Shown piece by piece: positions 56,792-64,000 of a stretch of DNA of 64,000 nucleotides. Every line of letters starts with the position of its first letter. Positions within the stretch are counted from its first letter, which is position 1. The stretch is from positions 128,001 to 192,000 of the forward strand of contig CAVZJB010000017.1 in assembly GCA_963775425.1 (NCBI GenBank), written 5' to 3'. Origin of the DNA: an uncultured delta proteobacterium (GTDB lineage Bacteria > Myxococcota > UBA727 > VGSZ01). The translations under genes and the position numbers were made by a program. The notes below the pieces were generated by a model. The model saw only the letters and a list, made by a program, of their open reading frames with translations, ran no database searches and was not told where the DNA came from.

Positions 56792-58066
56792 TCAGTGCTG
56801 CCTCATCGCCGCCACGGGCTGCAGCCGCGCGGCGCGGATTGCGGGCCAGATGGAGGCGAGGAGGGAGACGATGAGCAGCCCGGCGAGCGTCTCGACGACG
56901 CCCTCGATGCGGAACGCGCCCTTGAGCACCGGCGGGAACGAGGCGCCGCCGAAGCTCCAGTCGCCGATGACGCCGGTGAGGTCGAGCCCGTGGTGCACGA
57001 GGTATGCGTCGGCGCCGAGCCCGAGCGCCGCGCCGACGACGCCGGCCACGCCGACGAGGACGAGCGTCTCGAGCACCACGAGCGCCACCAGCCGGAGCGG
57101 CGTGAGCCCGAGGGCCAACAAGACCCCCAGCTCGCGCGCGCGCTCGAAGACGCTCATCAACATGGTGTTGAGGATGCCGAGGGCCGCCACGCTGAACACG
57201 ATGAGCAACAACAGACCGTTGCCGAGGTCCTGGATGCTCAACATCTGCGCGATGAGCGGGCTCACCTGACGCCAGGAGCGCACGAGGAGCTTCGGCTCCT
57301 CGGGGTGCGCGAGCGCGTACGACGACGCCGCGCCGTTCACCTCCGCGACGAGCTTGTCCACGGAGTCGGCGCTCGCACCGTTCACCGCAATCTCGTGGAC
57401 GGCGCTGCCGAGGACGAGCAGGTCGCGGGCGTCGTCGATGTGCATGTACGCCGCGCCGCGGTCGGTGATGACGTTGCCGGACTTGAAGACGCCGACCACC
57501 TCGTACAGGTCGTTGCCGAGCGAGCCGTCTGCGGCCTGGGTGACGGCCGCGACCTTCTCTCCGAGGCGCGCGTGCAGCGACTCTGCGAGGCCGGAGCCGA
57601 GGATGATCTCGTGCCGGGGGCCGGGGGAGAGGTAGCGGCCCTCGGTGATCTTGTCGTCGAGGCGCGACAGCCGCGCTTCGTCCGCCGGCACCACGCCGAT
57701 GAGCTGAGCGCCCGCGGAGCGCTGCGGGCGCCCGGGGAGATCGTCGACGCTCACGAGCGCGTAGCCGAACACCCGCGCCGACACCGCGCGCGCGTCGGGG
57801 AGCTTCGCGATCTTCTGCGCGAGGCCGTCGCCGTCCTCGATGACGTCGCCGAGGGCGCGCTCTCCGGGGAACGCGGGGTTGTGCACCTGCACGTGGCCGA
57901 TGCCCTCCGTGACCATCTGCTCGAACGCCTGCGCGTAGATGCCGTCGGAGAACGCGATCATGGCGATGCTGCACGCCACGCCGACGGCCATGGCGCCCGA
58001 CGTGATCAGCGTGCGACGGCGCTGACGCCACACGTTGCGCCACGCGATGCGAACGAGCAGAGGCAT
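56792..58066 (-). CDS. ABC transporter permease (LolE/FtsX-like)
   Basis: IAWRNVWRQRRRT; NTMLMSVFERARELG. Confidence 0.9.
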   Translation of the reverse strand: MPLLVRIAWRNVWRQRRRTLITSGAMAVGVACSIAMIAFSDGIYAQAFEQMVTEGIGHVQVHNPAFPGERALGDVIEDGDGLAQKIAKLPDARAVSARVFGYALVSVDDLPGRPQRSAGAQLIGVVPADEARLSRLDDKITEGRYLSPGPRHEIILGSGLAESLHARLGEKVAAVTQAADGSLGNDLYEVVGVFKSGNVITDRGAAYMHIDDARDLLVLGSAVHEIAVNGASADSVDKLVAEVNGAASSYALAHPEEPKLLVRSWRQVSPLIAQMLSIQDLGNGLLLLIVFSVAALGILNTMLMSVFERARELGVLLALGLTPLRLVALVVLETLVLVGVAGVVGAALGLGADAYLVHHGLDLTGVIGDWSFGGASFPPVLKGAFRIEGVVETLAGLLIVSLLASIWPAIRAARLQPVAAMRQH

Positions 58067-58300
58067 CGGCGTCGGCGATGCATCGCCCGTTCCACGGCAC
58101 ACCGCACCGGCGCCCGCGCCGGGAGGGTGCGCGCGTGCCAGGAAGCGCAAGCGCCGGCGCGAGATGGCACAGGCGGCTGACAACGCGCGCCACGGCGGCG
58201 CGCCCACACCGGGAAGCGGCGCGCCACGCCGGGAGGCGGCGCGCGCCGCGGGGACGTGCCCGACGCCCACCCTGGCGCCGGGTTTGCACACCCGGGTGCC

Positions 58301-59047
58301 ATGCTCGTCCTCATCGCCGCCGCCTCCGCGAGCCTCGCCGTCGCCGCCCCACGCGCCGGCGGCGAGCGAGACGCCCGGACGATCGTCGCCCACGCCGTCG
58401 ACGACCTCTACCGGGGCGCGTCCAGCGTCGGCACGCTCGAGATGCACGTGAAGACGAGTCGCTGGGAGCGCACCCTCGAGCTGCAGCAGTGGTCACAGGG
58501 CACCGACCGCTCCCTCATCCGCGTGCTCTCGCCGAAGAAGGAGCGGGGCGTCACCACCCTCAAGGTGGGAAAGGACGTCTGGAACTACCTGCCCAAGGTG
58601 GATCGCGTCATCAAGGTCCCCGCTTCGATGATGTCCGCGTCGTGGATGGGCAGCCACTTCACCAATGACGACCTCGTGCACGAGTCGCGCTTCGCCGACG
58701 ACTACGAGCTCGCCGTCCGCGAGCGGCCCACGGCCGCCGACGCGCGCTGGTTGATCGAGGCGACGCCCAAGCCCGACGCCCCGGTTGTCTGGGGCAAGGT
58801 GACGTTGGCCGTGAGCGCCGGCGACCTCTTGCCGATCGAGGCGAAGTTCTTCGACGGGCGCGGCGCCCTGGTGCGGACCATCCGCTACAGCGATGTCGAG
58901 GACGTCGGCGGCCGCAAGATCCCGATGCGCATGACGCTCATCCCCGCGGACAAGCCGGGCGAGAGCACGGAGGTGGTGTGGAAGACGCTGAGGTTCGACG
59001 TGAATCTGCCGGCGAGCACGTTCTCGCTTCAGGCGCTGAAGCGCTGA
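58301..59047 (+). CDS. Outer-membrane lipoprotein-sorting protein (LolA-like)
   Basis: SPKKERG..TLK; WNYLPKVDR; SWMGSHFTNDD. Confidence 0.88.
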   Translation: MLVLIAAASASLAVAAPRAGGERDARTIVAHAVDDLYRGASSVGTLEMHVKTSRWERTLELQQWSQGTDRSLIRVLSPKKERGVTTLKVGKDVWNYLPKVDRVIKVPASMMSASWMGSHFTNDDLVHESRFADDYELAVRERPTAADARWLIEATPKPDAPVVWGKVTLAVSAGDLLPIEAKFFDGRGALVRTIRYSDVEDVGGRKIPMRMTLIPADKPGESTEVVWKTLRFDVNLPASTFSLQALKR

Positions 59048-59739
59048 CGGAGGCGCAGCCCGACGTCGTCGTCGAGGGGCTCAGGAAGGACTACGCGCAC
59101 GGCGCGTTGGCCGTTCACGCGCTCCAGGGCGTCGACCTCGAGCTCGCGCACGGCGACTTCGCCACGCTCATGGGCCCGTCGGGGTCCGGCAAGACCACGC
59201 TCCTCAACATCATCGGCGGGCTCGACGCCGCCACCGCCGGCAGGGTCGTCGTCGCCGGGCGCGACCTCGCGACCATGAGCGCCGCGGAGCGCTCGCGCAT
59301 GCGCCTGCAGCACCTGGGCTTCGTGTTTCAGGCCTACAACCTCCTCCCCGTGTTGACGGCGTTCGAAAACGCCGAGCTGGTGCTCCTGCTGCAAGGCCTC
59401 GACAAGGGCGAGCGGAGCAAGCGCGTCACCGCCATGCTCGACGAGGTGGGCCTGAGCGGCTTGTACGACCGCCGCCCCGACGAGCTGAGCGGCGGCCAGC
59501 AGCAGCGCGTCGCCGTCGCGCGCGCCATCGTCGGCACACCCGCGCTGGTCCTCGCCGACGAGCCCACCGCCAACCTCGACTCGCAGACCTCGCACGAGCT
59601 CATCGACACGATGCGGCGCCTCAACGAGGAGCGCGGCGTGACCTTCCTGTTCGCCACGCACGATCCCCTCGTCATGGAAGGGGCGCGGCGCGTGATCCGG
59701 ATGAAGGACGGGCATATCGTCGAGGACCATCGAACATGA
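58978..59739 (+). CDS. ABC transporter ATP-binding protein (LolD-like)
   Basis: GPSGSGKT; LSGGQQQR; LADEPTANLD; start uncertain. Confidence 0.92.
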   Translation: MEDAEVRRESAGEHVLASGAEALTEAQPDVVVEGLRKDYAHGALAVHALQGVDLELAHGDFATLMGPSGSGKTTLLNIIGGLDAATAGRVVVAGRDLATMSAAERSRMRLQHLGFVFQAYNLLPVLTAFENAELVLLLQGLDKGERSKRVTAMLDEVGLSGLYDRRPDELSGGQQQRVAVARAIVGTPALVLADEPTANLDSQTSHELIDTMRRLNEERGVTFLFATHDPLVMEGARRVIRMKDGHIVEDHRT

Positions 59740-60917
59740 CCCCGGCGGCGCTCCTGGCGCTGCTGCTGGCCGCCGGCGCAGGCGATGACGGTGACGACGT
59801 CTTCGAGGCCGGCGCGAACGCGAAGTCCTTCGCCGTCGTCGTCGCCCCCGACGACGCGCTCGGCATCCCCAATCCGCTGTTCGTAGGCGCGGCGTTCGGC
59901 CGCCTGAAGCTCGCGCTCCACGGCGGCGACATCGTCGACGGCTCGCTGCAGCCGGTGCTCGTGGCGCAGACGCCGCTGTCCGGCGCCGGCACCGCTCTCA
60001 CCGGCCTCGGCGGGAGCAGCGAGCGCGCGCAGGTCGTGGACCTCGCGTGGCGCGCCCACGGCGGCGCGCTGTCCCTGTCCGTGGATCGCGCGAGCCTGAC
60101 GGCGCACGTCCCCCACGCCGACGTCACGCTCGGGCGCCAGGCGGTCTCCTTCGGCCGCGGCGTGTTCTTCACGCCGATGGACCTGGTGGCGCCGTTTTCG
60201 CCCGCGGCGCTCGACCGCGAATACAAGCCCGGCGCCGACGCCGCCCGCGCCGACGTCTACTTCGGCACCTCCGGGGCGCTCACCGCCGTGGCCGTGTACG
60301 GCGGCGCGTGGGCGCTCGACGAGAGCATCTTCGCGGCGCACCTGCGGGCCACCGTCAGGGGGATCGATCTCGGCGCCTTCGCGGCCGGCGCCTACGGCGA
60401 CACCGTGCTCGGCGCCGACGCCGCCGGCGACGTCGCGGGCGTCGGGCTCCACGGCGAGGCGACCGCGACGCTGCCGCACGACGGCGGGCGCGCGTTCCTG
60501 CGCGCCACCGCCGGCGCCACCACGCAGCTCCCTGCCAACGCAGAGCTCGTCGTGGAGGCGTACCTGCAGACCCTCGGCGCGACGTCGCCCGCGGGGTACC
60601 TCGCCGTCGCCCGCAGCGCACGGGCGGCCCGCGGCGAGCTCTGGCTCCTCGGCCGCGTGTACGCGGCCGCGCTCCTGTCGTGGCAGGTGACGCCGCTCGT
60701 GCGACCGGCCGCGTTCGCCCTCGCCAACCTCGAGGACGGCAGCGCGCTCCTCGGGCCGAGCCTGTCCTGGTCCGTCGCCGACGACGTCGAGCTCGTGCTC
60801 GGCGCGGAGGTGCCGGTCGGCGCGCGGCCGGCCATGACCCCGTCGGGTCCGGCGCCGCGCAGCGAGCTCGGGCTGTACCCGACGCTCGCCTTCGGCGAGC
60901 TCTCCGTTGACCTGTGA
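59736..60917 (+). CDS. Putative outer-membrane beta-barrel protein of the ABC operon
   Basis: Signal peptide; VTLGRQAVSFG...PMDL...DREYKPGADA. Confidence 0.7.
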   Translation: MTPAALLALLLAAGAGDDGDDVFEAGANAKSFAVVVAPDDALGIPNPLFVGAAFGRLKLALHGGDIVDGSLQPVLVAQTPLSGAGTALTGLGGSSERAQVVDLAWRAHGGALSLSVDRASLTAHVPHADVTLGRQAVSFGRGVFFTPMDLVAPFSPAALDREYKPGADAARADVYFGTSGALTAVAVYGGAWALDESIFAAHLRATVRGIDLGAFAAGAYGDTVLGADAAGDVAGVGLHGEATATLPHDGGRAFLRATAGATTQLPANAELVVEAYLQTLGATSPAGYLAVARSARAARGELWLLGRVYAAALLSWQVTPLVRPAAFALANLEDGSALLGPSLSWSVADDVELVLGAEVPVGARPAMTPSGPAPRSELGLYPTLAFGELSVDL

Positions 60918-61094
60918 GCGCGGCGGTCTGGGCGGCCGTGAACAGCCGCGTGAAAGGCGGCGCGACGCCGGCGCATTTGCCACGGGGCGCCGCGTCCCTG
61001 CGCACACCCTCGAGCTCCCGGCCCGGTCGGGCGCTGGACGTGGCGAGGCGGGAGCGCAGCGCCGGCGGGCACGCTCTTCGCTATTTGCGGACCC

Positions 61095-63023
61095 ATGTGC
61101 GGCATCGCTGGCATCTGGGATCGCGACGAGGCTCCTTCCCGTGATCGGCTGCGCGCCATGATCGGCGCCATCGCCCACCGCGGCCCCGACGGCGACGGCA
61201 TCCGGATCGATCCCCCTTGCGGACTGGCGCACGCACGGCTGGCCATCATCGACCTCGCCGGCGGCGCCCAACCCATGGTCGACGGCGACCTCGCCGTCAC
61301 CTTCAACGGCGAGATCTTCAACTTCGTCGAGCTGCGGCGCGAGCTGGAGGCACGCGGGCGCGTCTTCACCACCACCAGCGACACCGAGGTCATCCTCCAC
61401 GCGTACGCAGCCTGGGGCGACGCGTGCGTCGAGCGCATGAACGGCGACTTCGCGTTCGCGCTGTGGGACCGCGCCCGCCGACGCCTGTTCTGCGCGCGCG
61501 ACCGCGCCGGCGTGCGGCCGTTCTTCTATACGAAGACGAGTCACGGCCTCGTGTTCGCGTCGGAGGTGCGGGCGCTGTTCGCCGCGGGCGTCCCCGCGGC
61601 CTTCGATCCCCTCGGCCTCAGCGAGGTGTTGACGTTCTGGAACGCCCGCGCGCCGCGGACGGTGTGGCGCGGCGTGCAGGAGCTGCCGCCGGGCTGCACG
61701 TTGCTCGCCGACGACGACGGCGTCCGCGTCGCGCGCTATTGGCAGCTCGACTATCCGGCCGCGCGCGACGTCGCGCACCGGCGGGACGACGGCGACCGGG
61801 GCGATCTCGATGGGGCCGACGCGCGCGCCGCCGACGAGCTCCTCGCGCTGCTCGACGACGCCACCCGCATCCGGCTGCGCGCCGACGTGCCCGTGGGCGC
61901 GTACCTCTCGGGCGGCCTCGACTCCTCCGTGATCTCCGCGCTCGCGGCGCGGCACGTGCCGGCGTTGTCGACGTTCTCGGTGACGTTCGAGGAGCGGGAG
62001 TTTGACGAGAGCGCCTACCAGAACGTCGTGGCGCGCGCCCTCGGCACCGCGCATCACACCGTCATGATGAAGAACGGCGACGTCGCCGCGTCCTTCGCCG
62101 ACGTCGTCCGCGCCGCCGAGACCCCGCTCCTGCGCACCGCTCCTGCGCCGCTTTTGAAGCTCGCCGCGCTCGTGCGCGACTCGGGGATGAAGGTGGTGCT
62201 CACCGGCGAGGGCGCCGACGAGATGCTCGGCGGCTACGACATCTTCAAGGAAGCGAAGATCCGCCGCTTCTGCGCCCGACAGCCTTCGTCCGCGCTGCGC
62301 CCGCTGCTCCTGCAGCGGCTCTACCCGTGGATGCCGTCGTTGAAGACGCAGCCGGCGGCGTTCCTGCGCGCGTTCTTCTCCACCGGCGACGTCGACGACC
62401 CGCTCTACTCCCACCTGCCCCGCTGGCGCATGGCGTCGTCCTTGCGCGGCCTCCTCTCGCCCGACCTCGCTCGCGAGGTGGGCGGCTACGACCCGCTGCA
62501 GGCGCTCCGGGACGAGCTGCCCGCGCGCTTTTCGTCGTGGGAGCCGCTCGCCCAGGCGCAGTACCTCGAGGCCACCACGTTCCTGCCCGGCTACCTGCTG
62601 TCGTCGCAGGGCGATCGCGTGGCGATGGCGCACGCGGTGGAGGGGCGCTTCCCGTTCCTCGACGTCCGCGTCATCGAGCGCGCCGCGCAGATGCCGGCGC
62701 GACAGAAGATGCGGGTGCTTGACGAGAAGTACCTCTTGAAGCGCGCCGCGCGGGGTCTGGTGCCCGACAGCGTGATCGCGAGGACCAAGCAACCGTACCG
62801 CGCGCCGGACGCGCAGGCCTTCGCCGCGCTCACCCGCATCTTCGACGGCGTCCTCGCGCCGGATCGCATTCGCGCCGCCGGCGTCCTCGACGGGGAGGTG
62901 GTCCAGCGGCTCGTGGACCGGGTTCGCCGCGCCGGCTCCGCCAGCGCCAGGGACGGCATGGCGCTCAGCTTCGCCGTGTCGACGCAGGTGTGCTTCGACA
63001 CCTTCATCCAGAGGGAAACATGA
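61095..63023 (+). CDS. asnB: Asparagine synthase (glutamine-hydrolysing) family amidotransferase
   Basis: MCGIAG; HRGPD; FNGEIFN; LSGGLDSS; TGEGADE. Confidence 0.95.
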   Translation: MCGIAGIWDRDEAPSRDRLRAMIGAIAHRGPDGDGIRIDPPCGLAHARLAIIDLAGGAQPMVDGDLAVTFNGEIFNFVELRRELEARGRVFTTTSDTEVILHAYAAWGDACVERMNGDFAFALWDRARRRLFCARDRAGVRPFFYTKTSHGLVFASEVRALFAAGVPAAFDPLGLSEVLTFWNARAPRTVWRGVQELPPGCTLLADDDGVRVARYWQLDYPAARDVAHRRDDGDRGDLDGADARAADELLALLDDATRIRLRADVPVGAYLSGGLDSSVISALAARHVPALSTFSVTFEEREFDESAYQNVVARALGTAHHTVMMKNGDVAASFADVVRAAETPLLRTAPAPLLKLAALVRDSGMKVVLTGEGADEMLGGYDIFKEAKIRRFCARQPSSALRPLLLQRLYPWMPSLKTQPAAFLRAFFSTGDVDDPLYSHLPRWRMASSLRGLLSPDLAREVGGYDPLQALRDELPARFSSWEPLAQAQYLEATTFLPGYLLSSQGDRVAMAHAVEGRFPFLDVRVIERAAQMPARQKMRVLDEKYLLKRAARGLVPDSVIARTKQPYRAPDAQAFAALTRIFDGVLAPDRIRAAGVLDGEVVQRLVDRVRRAGSASARDGMALSFAVSTQVCFDTFIQRET

Positions 63024-63280
63024 ACCAGATCGCCGATCGCGTCAGCGAGTTCATCATCGCCAACCTGCTCCTCGGGAGGCAGAGCGACCTCGCCGCCACG
63101 CCGAGCTTCCTCGAGGCGGGCATCATCGACTCCACCGGTGTGCTCGAGCTCGTGCAGTTCCTCGAGGAGACGTGGGCGATCGAGGTCACCGACGCCGAGA
63201 TGCTGCCCGACAACCTCGACTCGCTCGACAAGATCGAGCGCTTCGTGCGTTCGAAGACCTTGTCGGCGGCCGCCCAATGA
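63020..63280 (+). CDS. Acyl carrier protein
   Basis: GIIDSTGVLELV; NLDSL. Confidence 0.9.
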   Translation: MNQIADRVSEFIIANLLLGRQSDLAATPSFLEAGIIDSTGVLELVQFLEETWAIEVTDAEMLPDNLDSLDKIERFVRSKTLSAAAQ

Positions 63281-64000
63281 CCACGGCGATGTGGCTCGAG
63301 TCGTTCCTGGAAGAGAGCGCGCGGCGAACCCCCGACAAGACCGCGGTCGTCTGCGGGCAGGAGCGGGCGACGTACGCCGACATCGAGCGCGCCGCCAACC
63401 GCCTCGCCCGGCGCCTGCGGGCGCGCGGCGTCGCGCGCGGCGACCGCGTCGCCGTCTGCCTCGAAAACGGCGTACCGAACGCGACGACGCTGTTCGCGGT
63501 GTGGAAGGCGGGCGCGGCGGCGGTGCTCGTGAACCCCGCGTCCAAGCCGGACAAGATCGAGCGCATCCTCGACGACGCCGGGGCCGCGGCCCTCGTCGCG
63601 GGCCCGCGCACGCTGGCCGCGTACCTCGAGGACGCGTCCGGGCCCACCGCGCCCACGCCCGACGATGCTTCTCGTGTCGCGCGCGGGCTCCCGGCCGTCG
63701 TCATCGTGGCGGGCGGGCGGCTCGGCGACTTCGAAGCGTTCGAAGACGTCGTCGCGAGCGGTGACGACACGCCGCCGGAGAAGGCGCACATCGATCTCGA
63801 CCTCGCCGTGCTCCTGTACACCTCCGGGTCCACAGGCATGCCCAAGGGCGTGATGCACACGCACGCGTCGCTCATGTCCGCCACGCGCTCCATCGTCCAC
63901 TACCTCGACAACACCGCCGCCGACGTCATCCTGCAGGTGCTCCCGCTGTCGTTCGGCTACGGCCTCATGCAGTGGCTGTCCGTCGCCTGCACCGGCGCCA
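63277..64000 (+). CDS. AMP-dependent acyl ligase, 3'-truncated by the window edge
   Basis: ATGA overlap; YTSGSTGMPKGVM; LPLSFGYGL. Confidence 0.9.
   Translation, partial: MTTAMWLESFLEESARRTPDKTAVVCGQERATYADIERAANRLARRLRARGVARGDRVAVCLENGVPNATTLFAVWKAGAAAVLVNPASKPDKIERILDDAGAAALVAGPRTLAAYLEDASGPTAPTPDDASRVARGLPAVVIVAGGRLGDFEAFEDVVASGDDTPPEKAHIDLDLAVLLYTSGSTGMPKGVMHTHASLMSATRSIVHYLDNTAADVILQVLPLSFGYGLMQWLSVACTGA

Noticed and set aside
59334-62792. 1152-aa minus-strand ORF
   Set aside because: Antisense shadow of the ABC, outer-membrane and asnB genes; no recognisable motifs

Overview
High-GC window that looks like Myxococcota: the tmRNA tag is ANDNVELALAA, and there are MYXO-CTERM-like, HmuY, PilZ and (GE)n lipoprotein genes. 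The best candidate for a new system is at 3584-6373. A PlpX-type radical SAM/SPASM 'splicease' lies directly downstream of a 463-aa protein built from three ~90-aa repeats, each beginning with a (V/I)RP(M/L)YG motif. XYG is the splicease target motif, so this suggests a large, multivalent ketoamide-bearing protein rather than a short RiPP. The window also holds: a structured leader with a possible SD switch (3156-3332); a Pxr-like sRNA/small-ORF unit (~10394-10625); ssrA followed by a ~6.8-kb decayed island bounded by direct repeats, carrying an hsdR remnant, an HTH-PIN pair, an intact ISL3 with an 8-bp TSD and a convergent hicB/hicA pair; a tract of gene fragments; a desaturase-methyltransferase-fused HgcAB-like operon; a large CYTH-like protein; an oxygen/stress block (globin kinase, USPs, hemerythrin-like protein, acsA-pdhABC-ACP-lipA, RsbRST stressosome); a Lol-like ABC system; and the start of an asnB-ACP-AMP ligase cluster. 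All calls come from motifs read by eye; no database searches were run.
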